Below, piece by piece: positions 29,924 through 39,116 of a stretch of DNA of 44,002 nucleotides. Under the pieces are notes generated by a model, which was not told where the DNA came from, did no database searches, and saw nothing but the letters and a program-made list of their open reading frames with translations. This DNA is from a virus (lineage: Duplodnaviria > Caudoviricetes): positions 1 to 44,002 of IMG/VR virus record IMGVR_UViG_3300038365_000077. The stretch is one strand, 5' to 3'. The position numbers and the translations under genes are program-made. Position 1 is the stretch's first letter, and each line of letters begins with the position of its first letter.

Positions 29924-30484
29924 TTACTTAAAAAGATCGTCCTCTTCCTCGAGATATTCCGCGAAGTCGTTCTCCGCGCTCTGGCGTCCGCCCAGCGGTT
30001 CGCCGTCCTCGAGTTTTAGAAGGTTGTTGAGTCCTGCCGCAACGCCCCTGTTTCCGCTGGCGTCGAACGGGTAGAAATTGATCGAGGCCCTGCCGTAGCA
30101 GCCGGAATACAGCTCTTCCTCGTCGGTGATCTGCTGACGGTTCTTGCCTATCAGCCCGGGCTTGGTTCTGGCCGAAGCGTTGATGAACATGCAGCCTGCG
30201 TAGGCTTCATCGTCCCTCTCCTCGTCGCCGTCACGTAACGGTGTTTTCAGCCCCTTGGGGATCTTGCCGCCCCACTTGGCCTTGCCCATCTCCATCGCGG
30301 CTTTAATTGCCGCCTCGCACTTGGCGATTGTCTCCGTGTCGGTCTTCGGGATGATAAGCGAAACACTGTACTTCTCGTCCGAGCTGTCGTTGATCGCCTT
30401 GGGGCGAAATACATTGAGGTAGGAAAATCTTACTTTTCCCGTGACCACCTTCGTGGCCTGCATCTGATTTTGATCTGTTGTCAT
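29924..30484 (-). CDS. DUF2815 ssDNA-binding protein
   Basis: VRFSY, PLRDGD, YSGCY, GEPLGG, acidic tail. Confidence 0.9.
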   Translation of the reverse strand: MTTDQNQMQATKVVTGKVRFSYLNVFRPKAINDSSDEKYSVSLIIPKTDTETIAKCEAAIKAAMEMGKAKWGGKIPKGLKTPLRDGDEERDDEAYAGCMFINASARTKPGLIGKNRQQITDEEELYSGCYGRASINFYPFDASGNRGVAAGLNNLLKLEDGEPLGGRQSAENDFAEYLEEEDDLFK

Positions 30485-30506
30485 TTTGTAATTGATAGTT
30501 AGTGAA

Positions 30507-31667
30507 TTATTCTGAAAAATCTTTTATTGCGGATTCTGTTGAATTCCACTCCGGACGCTTGTCCGAAGCGGGTACTAAAGTCGGTTTGCCCTGTGGCTTC
30601 ACGATAAGATCGGACAGCAGCGCGCCGAATGTCTTCTTCGTGATCGCCTGCTCCATCTTCGTGATGCCGAGCAGCTTCCTCTCATATATGATCGCCTCCG
30701 GTATGCCGTTTGCGACGAGTTTTTTCACCACCTCGTCCTGGTCCCTGTACATCCGGACGCTGCGGCCCTCCACCAGCTTGTATCCCGGCCAGTGCTTCCC
30801 GTTGTCGACGGCTTCTGTGAGGGCGTATTCCTCCACCTTGCCGAGCCAGTTCTTCAGGTCTGCGGACCTGTCGAGCACGTCAGCGATCTCCGCATCGGTG
30901 AGCAGGTCGGACGGCCTGAATTCGTACTTCGCGATCTCCAGCTGCTTCTCGGCATACGCCCGGCACCGTACTTTCGCCTTGCAAAACAGGCAGTGGTCAC
31001 CCGGCACCAGATCGCCATCGCCCGCATAGGCCATGGCCGCCCGGGGTTTCAGCTCCTTTTCCGCCCAGTCGAGCAGGTAGGGCATTGATACTCCGAACTC
31101 GCTTATATTGTCCGTGCGCGGCTGGTAGATCGTCATTCGAACCGAGTAAATGTCGTAGAAGATGGAGGCCTCGCGGATGGCGCCCAGCGCGTAGAGCATC
31201 ATCTGCTTGTTGTCCACCGCCGACACCGTTACGCCCTTGCCGTACTTCAGGTCGATTATGTGGAGTTCGTTATCGGCGATGATCTGCGCGTCTCCGGTAC
31301 CGAAGCCGTCCTCGACCCACTCCCGCAGATCCAGTTTCGTCTCGAGCAGCAGCTCCGCGTCCGGGGTGATCTTCTTCGCCTCCTCCCACTGTGATAGCAC
31401 GAAGTCCCGGTATCCTTCCATCAGCTCCTGCATCTCGGGGCTGTAATAGTCACTCTCCGCGATCTTCTTCAACTCGCTGTTATACTTGCGGGTCGTGATC
31501 TCTCCCTTGGCCTGCCTGAGCAGCAACTCGCCCAGCTCATGCGCCAGCGTGCCCTCCGCGGCCGCGTCTCCGGCCCTGTCGGGGAACATCTCCTCCATCC
31601 TCGCGGACGGCGTGCATGCGAGCCACCGTGCCGCAGAGGATGGTGATAGTAATGCGTGTGAGGCCAT
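30507..31667 (-). CDS. DUF2800 PD-(D/E)xK exonuclease
   Basis: HALLSPSS, EGTLAH, FGTGD, IIDLKYG, QMMLYALG. Confidence 0.9.
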   Translation of the reverse strand: MASHALLSPSSAARWLACTPSARMEEMFPDRAGDAAAEGTLAHELGELLLRQAKGEITTRKYNSELKKIAESDYYSPEMQELMEGYRDFVLSQWEEAKKITPDAELLLETKLDLREWVEDGFGTGDAQIIADNELHIIDLKYGKGVTVSAVDNKQMMLYALGAIREASIFYDIYSVRMTIYQPRTDNISEFGVSMPYLLDWAEKELKPRAAMAYAGDGDLVPGDHCLFCKAKVRCRAYAEKQLEIAKYEFRPSDLLTDAEIADVLDRSADLKNWLGKVEEYALTEAVDNGKHWPGYKLVEGRSVRMYRDQDEVVKKLVANGIPEAIIYERKLLGITKMEQAITKKTFGALLSDLIVKPQGKPTLVPASDKRPEWNSTESAIKDFSE

Positions 31668-32095
31668 TACGCGGTAAGTGCTTGCATGAACTCCGCGTAC
31701 CTGTCCTCCGCAATCGTGGAGATGCTTGACGCGCCCACACTGTCGAGGCACTCGCGCAGGAAGCCGTTGCCTTTCACGGCGGCCACCTCCTTGGCCTTCG
31801 CCCGGATGGTCGTGATGGAGTAGTAGGAGGGTACGTTCGCTGTCGGAGCGGGGTCTGCCTGTCCCACCGGCACCGTGATGGAGGGGATTTCCGTCTGTTT
31901 CACCGCTTTTTCGGCGTTCACCGGTGCGGGCCTGACTGCCTTCTCCGGTTCGGATCTCTTGTAGTACTCTACAGGAGGATCCACTGTCGTTGCGGGTTGT
32001 GGTTCCGGTTGTTTAGGCCCCAGAACTCCGGCCAGTGCAGTCAGCAGGCTGTTAACCTGGTGAGGCTGCACGTCGATAGAAAAATTAATTGTCAT
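31667..32095 (-). CDS. Hypothetical phage protein with Pro-rich linker
   Basis: Typical partner upstream of DUF2800; TAATG overlap. Confidence 0.75.
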   Translation of the reverse strand: MTINFSIDVQPHQVNSLLTALAGVLGPKQPEPQPATTVDPPVEYYKRSEPEKAVRPAPVNAEKAVKQTEIPSITVPVGQADPAPTANVPSYYSITTIRAKAKEVAAVKGNGFLRECLDSVGASSISTIAEDRYAEFMQALTA

Positions 32096-32482
32096 GTCGT
32101 TGAAAATTAAAGGGTTGATAAAATAAATAAAAAGGTTGATCAGATTAAAACGGGAATAGTTTTCTCACCCGATTATGACAGAACAAGCTGTTTTATTGTG
32201 CCTCTGTCTTTTGTGGTCTTTTAGCCGAAGTATTAACCACATTTTTTATTATATCCTGCATTACGCTTCGTTCGGTCTTTCTACGCTGTGTATCATTTCA
32301 AGCGTATAGGCCCCGGATAGGCCGCAAAGCCACACCGGGTAATATTATCACGTATTGACAGGGTAGTTATCGCAGCACTGATTTTGATAATCAGCCACTC
32401 CAGCATTCCGTTTTCACGTACTGTCAATACTTGCGCTATTCTTGTTATTTATACACGGTTGCCTGTCGCCGTGTGTATTTTT

Positions 32483-32498
32483 CAATATGTCAAAGATC
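32483..32498 (-). promoter_or_regulatory. boxA-like antitermination element
   Basis: GATCTTTGACATATTG. Confidence 0.45.
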
Positions 32499-32509
32499 TT
32501 GTTGTTGAG

Positions 32510-32615
32510 TGGAGAGAGCAGGGATCGAACCTGCACGGGAACACTTTCTTGCCACGTCTGGCATTACTCGTTATCTACCTGCTATAGTAGCGTCTACCAA
32601 TTCCGCCATCTCTCC
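32510..32615 (-). ncRNA. tRNA-like RNA / pseudo-tRNA (Leu-like D arm)
   Basis: Acceptor GGAGAGA/TCTCTCC, D arm GCGGAATTGGTAGACGC, T arm GCAGG-TTCGATC-CCTGC; irregular middle. Confidence 0.7.
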
Positions 32616-32671
32616 GTGTTGCCGCCTTCTTCGCAGAAGGCTTGTGTCCGCTTATAAAAGTTATCTTCATG

Positions 32672-32848
32672 CTATATCTGCACGGTCGCTACCGTTGTAC
32701 TTCTGGTTTCATCGAGTACGTAGTACCCTGTAATTTCCTTTCGTTCGATCCTCGGCTCGATGTTGGTTCTCCAGTTGAGCCCCCATGCCCGGCAGTGCCA
32801 TAGCGCTTCCTCGAATGCCTTCTGTTGTCTGATGATCCTGTCCGTCAT
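32672..32848 (-). CDS. Small hypothetical protein (58 aa)
   Basis: MTDRIIRQQKAFEEALW...VQI; ATGA overlap. Confidence 0.6.
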   Translation of the reverse strand: MTDRIIRQQKAFEEALWHCRAWGLNWRTNIEPRIERKEITGYYVLDETRSTTVATVQI

Positions 32849-32955
32849 AATGCCTGAATGAATTGTACTATTGCTATTATCGCCATGGCGACGAAGTATA
32901 TCGCAATCGGGATGAGGACGGCGAACATCGCCCTTTCTGTTTTAGAGGTTTTCAT
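32845..32955 (-). CDS. Small membrane peptide (36 aa)
   Basis: MKTSKTERAMFAVLIPIAIYFVAMAIIAIVQFIQAL. Confidence 0.55.
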   Translation of the reverse strand: MKTSKTERAMFAVLIPIAIYFVAMAIIAIVQFIQAL

Positions 32956-33038
32956 GATCTTTTTCTTTTTTTTGTGGTCGGATCGGCCCGGCTCTTCACG
33001 CCTGAAGATTTTTTTTTTGTTTTTGTTCTGATAATCAT
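32952..33038 (-). CDS. Basic micropeptide (28 aa)
   Basis: MIIRTKTKKKSSGVKSRADPTTKKRKRS; ATGA overlap with the next ORF. Confidence 0.35.
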   Translation of the reverse strand: MIIRTKTKKKSSGVKSRADPTTKKRKRS

Positions 33039-33062
33039 TTTTTTTATTCCGGGCCTTTCCAA

Positions 33063-33260
33063 TCACGAGTGTGACTTCCAATATCTTCTAATCTCCTTAC
33101 CCTGATACAGCCTTCTCTTGTTCACCTTGTGGAACATGCATTTGATATACCCGTTTTGGGTGTGTTCGAGAAGGGTGCTCCGGTGGATGCCGAGCAGCTG
33201 TGCGGCCTTCCCGATGGGCACTCTTGCGTTGTCGTCGATGTCGGGTTCCGTGTAGATCAC
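33063..33260 (-). CDS. Excisionase-like HTH protein
   Basis: IGKAAQLLGIHRSTL; GTG start overlapping the upstream stop. Confidence 0.7.
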   Translation of the reverse strand: MIYTEPDIDDNARVPIGKAAQLLGIHRSTLLEHTQNGYIKCMFHKVNKRRLYQGKEIRRYWKSHS

Positions 33261-33457
33261 AGTGCCTCCGCTGTTATGGTGATTTTCCGGTTTGCAAAAT
33301 CGGCCTTGCACGAGTAGCGTTTCCCGTTTTCGGGCTCCATCTTCGTGAGCCGGTACGCAAGCACTCTTGCGACGTCGATATCGCGCGGATGCGACACCCT
33401 GAAGGTCTTCGACGCCCCCGGTTGGATTGCCCTGATATCCTCGGATTTAACTTTCAT
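33257..33457 (-). CDS. First early gene (Cro position), hypothetical
   Basis: 66 aa, divergent from repressor. Confidence 0.7.
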   Translation of the reverse strand: MKVKSEDIRAIQPGASKTFRVSHPRDIDVARVLAYRLTKMEPENGKRYSCKADFANRKITITAEAL

Positions 33458-33485
33458 GATTATTTTGTTCTTTTCATTGTAAATA

Positions 33486-33517
33486 TTTGGCAGTTACAAA
33501 AATAGTCGCTACATTTG
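33486..33517 (+). promoter_or_regulatory. Bacteroidetes sigma-A promoter for repressor operon
   Basis: TTTG-N20-TACATTTG, exact consensus. Confidence 0.75.
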
Positions 33518-33599
33518 CGCCGATGATGTATGTATGGTTACGCTAATTATCGTAACGGCTATTTTTGTGCCCTGCTCTTTCTTTCGTTCTTTCTTTTCA

Positions 33600-33652
33600 C
33601 AAAGATAAGACGCAGTTGCGACATAAAAAAATAATCGGACGCAAAATCGACA
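33600..33652 (-). promoter_or_regulatory. Lytic promoter -7 box with two putative operators
   Basis: TATCTTTG on minus strand; repeats GACGCAGTTGCGACA and GACGCAAAATCGACA. Confidence 0.55.
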
Positions 33653-33673
33653 CTTTTAAGATTCTTTAACTGT

Positions 33674-34405
33674 ATGGAAAACAAGAGTATTTATACCGAT
33701 TGGGAGCAAACGTCTATCAATGAAAGAATTAAGTACATAGTTGATACTTTTTTCAAGGGCAACACGACGAAGATGGCGAAGTCCGTTTTTGTAAGCCAGT
33801 CCACCCTCCGGGACATCGTCGGCGAACGCAACAGCGCCCCGTCCTTCGAGACGATGAAACAGATTGTCGATTCGGCGACGTTAAGGATCAACCCGGTGTG
33901 GCTCCTGACGGGGCAGGGCGGCGTGCAGACGGGCGAGAATCAATCCGGAGCGTCTTCTACAAGCACGTTGAACAGGCTCTATCCTCCGAAGCCCTATGTA
34001 GAGAACATACAGGCATCATGCGGGACGGCAAACGGCTTTTCCAGCGCGATCGAGAGAAACGGACACAGGCTGATCTCGCTACCGATCAGTGCCGACTACG
34101 ATTTTGCCATCGAGGCGACCGGGCTGAGCATGGTTAACCGGAAGGATCCGGAGAGGTCTATCAACCCGGGGGATCTTATCGCGCTGAAGATAATAACTGC
34201 GATGACTTACCTGAGGTGGGGCGAATTGTACGCGGTGGCGACCTACGACGACATCGTCGTGAAAAAGATAATGCCCTCTGAAAAGGAGGGATTCATAAGG
34301 TGTGTAAGTTTCAACTCCGAGGACTATCCGGACTATGAGATGCCGGTAAGCGAAATAACCGGCTGGGCCGCGGTCAAGGCAGTAGTAAGCATCCTGAAAT
34401 TTTAA
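33674..34405 (+). CDS. CI-like repressor with S24 peptidase domain
   Basis: HTH, INPVWLLTGQG, ATGLSM (Ser), VVKK (Lys). Confidence 0.9.
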   Translation: MENKSIYTDWEQTSINERIKYIVDTFFKGNTTKMAKSVFVSQSTLRDIVGERNSAPSFETMKQIVDSATLRINPVWLLTGQGGVQTGENQSGASSTSTLNRLYPPKPYVENIQASCGTANGFSSAIERNGHRLISLPISADYDFAIEATGLSMVNRKDPERSINPGDLIALKIITAMTYLRWGELYAVATYDDIVVKKIMPSEKEGFIRCVSFNSEDYPDYEMPVSEITGWAAVKAVVSILKF

Positions 34406-34417
34406 GCGCTCAAAACC

Positions 34418-34891
34418 ATGGAAATTCTAATAATTGTGATTGTTATCGGGATTATGCTGGCCGCAATTCTTTTATCGGGTAAAAGAATCAGCAAAGAAGA
34501 ATACTCCGGGCCACAAAGGAAAGATCTAAACGTCAGTCAGGAAAAGAAAGCAAACTTTTTCAAAGAGGAGTTCAGGCCCGAGTACCGACAGGGAAAGGAA
34601 TTTAAAATCGCTGGAATTAATAACGTGCCGCCGTTCCAGACGTTCGGGGATTTTGAGGGCTATGTTAAACCGGATGTTAACAATAAATATGACGAATACG
34701 CCATCAGTATACATTCCAAGTATAACGATGAGCTTGTGGGATACCTCCCGAGATCGGGAAATAATAAAAAACTGTTCGAGACAATGCTGAAAGAGGATGC
34801 TGCATTGTACGCGAGCGGGTATATATCGGATTTCACGGATGAACAAGGTGCGACAAGATTATACGGCAGAATTTATTTAGACATACAATAA
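34418..34891 (+). CDS. Membrane-anchored HIRAN-domain protein
   Basis: N-terminal TM helix; IAGIN, NKYDEYAI, VGYLPR. Confidence 0.7.
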   Translation: MEILIIVIVIGIMLAAILLSGKRISKEEYSGPQRKDLNVSQEKKANFFKEEFRPEYRQGKEFKIAGINNVPPFQTFGDFEGYVKPDVNNKYDEYAISIHSKYNDELVGYLPRSGNNKKLFETMLKEDAALYASGYISDFTDEQGATRLYGRIYLDIQ

Positions 34892-34896
34892 GCAGC

Positions 34897-35145
34897 ATGA
34901 AAAAGAGAAGAAATTACACGGGGTGGATCGTCGCCCTGCTCGTCGTGCTCGTCTTCGCGGTGACAACACCGAAGAGCCTGGAACAGTTCGGCGAATCCGA
35001 TATACGGTACTGGAGAGTTAACAATTACTTGCTATTCTCTACTTGTTCGGCGAGTTACCAGGGCGGCGATGTTTGGAAGGTGCACCAGATCGGTGTGCTT
35101 GGAATGACGTTCAAAATCAGGGGAACGGGCAAAGATCTGTTCTGA
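34897..35145 (+). CDS. Small membrane/secreted hypothetical protein
   Basis: Basic N-terminus plus hydrophobic helix. Confidence 0.65.
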   Translation: MKKRRNYTGWIVALLVVLVFAVTTPKSLEQFGESDIRYWRVNNYLLFSTCSASYQGGDVWKVHQIGVLGMTFKIRGTGKDLF

Positions 35146-35165
35146 TAGTTGCAAATTAGTTGCAA
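35146..35165. repeat. Tandem TAGTTGCAA repeats, putative integrase arm sites
   Basis: Two copies about 55 bp from the att core. Confidence 0.5.
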
Positions 35166-35220
35166 GTTGAAGAAATACAATTATATAGTATTGATTATCA
35201 GCTATTAAAAATGGTATTCT

Positions 35221-35270
35221 CCTGCCTGTCACGCAGGGGGTCGCGGGTTCGAGTCCCGTCCATACCGCCA
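35221..35270 (+). tRNA. tRNA-Asp(GTC) 3' fragment, attachment site
   Basis: Anticodon arm CCTGC-CTGTCAC-GCAGG, T arm GGTTCGAGTCC, 3' GCCA; 5' half and D arm missing. Confidence 0.85.
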
Positions 35271-35303
35271 GGTACCGAAGACAAAAGACGACAAAACAAA
35301 GAC

Positions 35304-35339
35304 AAACCCTTCAGATTCAGTGAATTTGAGGGGTTTTTT
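35304..35339 (+). terminator. Terminator-like hairpin after the tRNA fragment
   Basis: AAACCCTTCAGATTC/GAATTTGAGGGTTTTTT. Confidence 0.6.
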
Positions 35340-35392
35340 CATTTATTGTGGCTTTAAGCAAAGTCAAGAAAATGCCAAAAAATGACATCTTT

Positions 35393-35462
35393 TGTACCCC
35401 AAACTGTACCCCTTTATCGATTTTTACCTAGGGGGTACACTTTTTTGAAATCAGGGGGTACA
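35393..35462. repeat. Four TGTACCCC/GGGGTACA repeats, putative arm-type sites
   Basis: Two direct and two inverted copies upstream of the integrase. Confidence 0.7.
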
Positions 35463-35564
35463 GTTAGTCCTATATTGGCAGTCTGCTGTCGTCTTTTGGC
35501 ACATGTATAAAACTCATTACTAAATAGTTAAAATTTAATTTTGTAACATTAAAAGAATGAGATT

Positions 35565-37013
35565 ATGCAAAGTACATTCAGAATTCTTTTCTATTTGAAA
35601 AGAGACAAACAAAAAGCAGACGGCACAGTTCCTATTTGGTGTCGCATTACAATTGACGGGCAGGCAGCACGATTTAATACCAAAACAAGTCTTAATCCTG
35701 ATCTGTGGGATGCAAAAGCTGCTAAAGCAATTGGTAAATCGAAAGAAGTTGATGCTATAAACTCTTTATTGGACGCCATCAATGCAAGTATCCACAAAGT
35801 ATATTACGATTTACAAATCCTGGAAAACAACGTTAATGCTGAACTGGTCAAAAATCGTTTTCTTGGTTTGGAGGTGAAAAACCAGACTGTGCTTGAATTA
35901 TTCAAGCGTCATAACGAAGATATCGAAAAACAAGTTGGAATTAACAGGACAAAGGCAATGCTTCAAAAATATGAAATCGCTTACAAAAGAGTATCCGATT
36001 TTATCCAGGAGTATTATCATTTATCGGATATCTCTTTGAAAGATGTTAATCATGATTTTCTGAGAAATTTTGAAGTATATCTGGTGACAAGTTGTAAATG
36101 TGGGCCTAATACCACAGCAAAGTTTCTACAACGCTTCCGGACCATCATTATTTTAGCCAAGAATAACGGTTGGATTCAGAAAGATCCATTTGCAAATTTT
36201 AAAATCAGATTTCAGAAAGTTGATCGTGGTTACCTTACTCAAGAACAAATTGAAATTTTAATGAATAAAGATTTTTCTTTAAAGCGCCTGGAACAAGTAA
36301 GGGATATTTTTGTTTTTTGCTGTTACACGGGGTTGGCTTATATTGATGTTAGTAAATTGCGTCAATCTAATATCCGTAAATCCTTTGATGGAAAACTGTG
36401 GATCATGGGTAAACGCGAGAAAACGGGGATAAGTTTTAATATACCGTTATTGGATATAGCGAAGGAAATACTGGACAAATATGCCGGGACACTGCCTGAT
36501 GACAAAGCATTACCTGTTTTGAGCAACCAGAAAATGAATTCATACTTGAAAGAAATCGGCACGTTGTGCGGAATTAATAAAGAATTAACCTTTCATCTTG
36601 CGCGTCATACTTTTGCGACCTTAACTTTAAGTAAAGGGGTTTCCATTGAAAGTGTGAGTAAAATGCTGGGACATTCCAATATTAAAACAACTCAAATTTA
36701 CGCCAAAATAACCGATGCAAAAGTCAGTAATGATATGGCCGCTTTTGCAAAGAAAATTGAAACACAACGGTCAGGTACATCTACAAAGATAGATTTATTG
36801 TTTGAGTGTTTGTCTTTAAGTGAAAAAATGATTTTATTCGGACTTCCCGGAACACTTTCTCACGACGAAGAAAGGGAGAAAAGAATAAATCAGATGTGGT
36901 TTACACTTTCCGAAGAAGAAAAATCGATCATGTGGAAAAACACTTTTGAAACGGATAAAGATATGATATTAAAGCCTATAAATACTATACATAAAATAGC
37001 TATCAACCAATAA
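35565..37013 (+). CDS. Bacteroidetes-type tyrosine integrase
   Basis: Arm-binding N-terminus, TGLAYID, HLARHTFAT, LGH, TTQIYA. Confidence 0.95.
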   Translation: MQSTFRILFYLKRDKQKADGTVPIWCRITIDGQAARFNTKTSLNPDLWDAKAAKAIGKSKEVDAINSLLDAINASIHKVYYDLQILENNVNAELVKNRFLGLEVKNQTVLELFKRHNEDIEKQVGINRTKAMLQKYEIAYKRVSDFIQEYYHLSDISLKDVNHDFLRNFEVYLVTSCKCGPNTTAKFLQRFRTIIILAKNNGWIQKDPFANFKIRFQKVDRGYLTQEQIEILMNKDFSLKRLEQVRDIFVFCCYTGLAYIDVSKLRQSNIRKSFDGKLWIMGKREKTGISFNIPLLDIAKEILDKYAGTLPDDKALPVLSNQKMNSYLKEIGTLCGINKELTFHLARHTFATLTLSKGVSIESVSKMLGHSNIKTTQIYAKITDAKVSNDMAAFAKKIETQRSGTSTKIDLLFECLSLSEKMILFGLPGTLSHDEEREKRINQMWFTLSEEEKSIMWKNTFETDKDMILKPINTIHKIAINQ

Positions 37014-37544
37014 ATGAAAATTATGGAACTTCAACTTATTCAAAAAAAGATTTTTGAGATACGCGGTTGTAGGGTGATGCTGGATTTCCATTTAGCAGAA
37101 CTTTATCAAGTTGAAACAAGAGCTTTAAAGCAAGCAGTCAAACGCAATATCGATAGGTTTCCATCCGATTTCATGTTCGAACTCACCAAAAATGAATGGA
37201 ACGAGGTTATCACAAATTGTGATAACCTACCCGAAACAGTGAAATACAGTCCTGCTTTACCTTTTGCGTTTCTTGAACAAGGAGTTGCCATGTTATCGTC
37301 GGTACTTCGCAGTAAAATGGCTATTCAAGTAAATATTGCCATTATGCGTGCTTTTGTTTTGATGCGGCAGATGATTATTGGTTACGATGAACTCCGAAAA
37401 CGTATCGAAGAGCTTGAAATTAGTACTGACGCTCAGTTTTCAGAAATTTATCAGGCTTTGACAGAACTATTAAGTGATAAACAATTGGAAGAAAAACCCC
37501 GTCCAAGAATTGGTTATTTGAGGTATGGAGAAGAAAATGGGTAA
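37014..37544 (+). CDS. ORF6N domain protein
   Basis: IRGCRVMLDFHLAELY...VKRNIDRFPSDFMF...EQGVAMLSSVL. Confidence 0.9.
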   Translation: MKIMELQLIQKKIFEIRGCRVMLDFHLAELYQVETRALKQAVKRNIDRFPSDFMFELTKNEWNEVITNCDNLPETVKYSPALPFAFLEQGVAMLSSVLRSKMAIQVNIAIMRAFVLMRQMIIGYDELRKRIEELEISTDAQFSEIYQALTELLSDKQLEEKPRPRIGYLRYGEENG

Positions 37545-37694
37545 CGAACTGATTGATAAACTCTGTATAGATCGGATAACTTGTGTCGAATGTATGACAA
37601 CCGCTACCATATAGTCTTGGAAACTTTTAGATAGCAATTTCGCACACCTACCTTTGAAAAGCATTAATGGTGATGCGCTAAAAATTAATCAATT

Positions 37695-39092
37695 ATGGAA
37701 GAAAAATTAAAAGACAAAGACAAAGAAATTCTTCTGGTAAAAGAACCTGAAAGTGATAAGCTAAGAGTAGTTTCAGGGATGGAAGAAAACGGTAAGATGA
37801 AAACAGTTGAGCCTACAAAAGAAAATCAATCACAATTTTTGATTATTGACACAAACGGGAATATGTTGGAAAATTTTATGACCAATTTTATGCGTCAGTA
37901 CAACAATCCTACTGAATTCAATTTTTTGAAAATACCATTAGATAGGCTCGACGAGGGTATTTCCAAATTTCAGGAAAAGATGAAAAATCCCGATTTCGAC
38001 TTAAAAAAACTGGACGAAGCTGTAGATCCACAGCAATATGCCAAGCAAGATTCTTCTATCGATGAGAGTCGCATTAATTGGAATCAATTGGACCGACTCG
38101 GTGTAAACCGTGAAATCCTTGAACGTACAAAGAGTTTGGAAGCTATGCTTAACCGGCAAAAATCACCAGTATTGTTACCAATAGCTGCTAAGTTTGATGA
38201 TGTAATACTGCGTACGGATGCCCGGTTGTCGTTCCGTGAAATGCCTGATGGAAACCTTACTGTGGTTATTAATGCCATCCGAAAAGAACCTGAATTAGAC
38301 AGGCTTTATTTCGGTGTGAAATTTACCGATGAAGATAAACAGAATCTTCTTTCTTCAGGTAATCTTGGCAGAATTGTTGATGCTGAATTCAAAAAAGGGG
38401 AAATTACTCCTGTTTTTATCTCTGTTGACCGGCTTACAAACGACTTAGTAGCCATGCGGACAGATAAGCTAAGAATCCCAGAAACAATTAAAGGTGTAAC
38501 TCTTGATGCTAATCAAAAACAACTGTTGAGTGAAGGGAAACCGGTTTACCTTGAAAACATGACTTCGAAAAACGGAAAGGAGTTTTCGGCAACTGTTCAA
38601 ATTAATGCTGATAAAAAACGATTAGAGTTTTTATTTGATCAACAACCCTGTCAAGCCCAAGAAAACCGACAAAAACCGGAAGATGACTTTCATTTACCCA
38701 AAACAATCGGTGGTGTTGAATTAACCGACAAACAACGAAATGCACTCCATGCCGATAAAACAGTGTATATATCCGGTATGGTGGACAAGCAGGGCCAGGA
38801 ATACAATGCCTATGTGAAAATTAACAGGGATCAAGAAAAGTTGGATTTCTTTAAATGGAACCCGGATAAATCGAAAGCTAAAGAAGTAACACCGGACAAT
38901 GCGAGTAAAACCCAAGTTGCCGTTAATTCCGAAGGAAAGACCAGTGAAGCTACTAAAAAAGTAGATGAACCCTTGAAAAAGGGTCAATCCATGCTAACTG
39001 ATAAACAAACAGAGAAGCAGTCAATCAAAGAATCAAAAGAACCCAAATTGTCCACGGATAAACCCAAAAAGACGAGGGGACTGAAAATGTGA
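37695..39092 (+). CDS. DUF4099/DUF3945 ICE protein
   Basis: ENFMTNF, GNLGR, repeated GVELT modules, QVAVNSEGKT. Confidence 0.85.
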   Translation: MEEKLKDKDKEILLVKEPESDKLRVVSGMEENGKMKTVEPTKENQSQFLIIDTNGNMLENFMTNFMRQYNNPTEFNFLKIPLDRLDEGISKFQEKMKNPDFDLKKLDEAVDPQQYAKQDSSIDESRINWNQLDRLGVNREILERTKSLEAMLNRQKSPVLLPIAAKFDDVILRTDARLSFREMPDGNLTVVINAIRKEPELDRLYFGVKFTDEDKQNLLSSGNLGRIVDAEFKKGEITPVFISVDRLTNDLVAMRTDKLRIPETIKGVTLDANQKQLLSEGKPVYLENMTSKNGKEFSATVQINADKKRLEFLFDQQPCQAQENRQKPEDDFHLPKTIGGVELTDKQRNALHADKTVYISGMVDKQGQEYNAYVKINRDQEKLDFFKWNPDKSKAKEVTPDNASKTQVAVNSEGKTSEATKKVDEPLKKGQSMLTDKQTEKQSIKESKEPKLSTDKPKKTRGLKM

Positions 39093-39116
39093 TTTTTATA
39101 ATACAATTACTGGAAA

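Noticed and set aside
30507-31667. DUF2800 as CRISPR Cas4
   Set aside because: Standard phage recombination exonuclease context; no array
35221-35270. Functional tRNA-Asp gene
   Set aside because: 5' acceptor strand and D arm are absent
35565-37013. Integron integrase serving the attC array
   Set aside because: Arm-binding Bacteroidetes ICE-type architecture, no evident IntI-specific insertion, and 10 kb from the array
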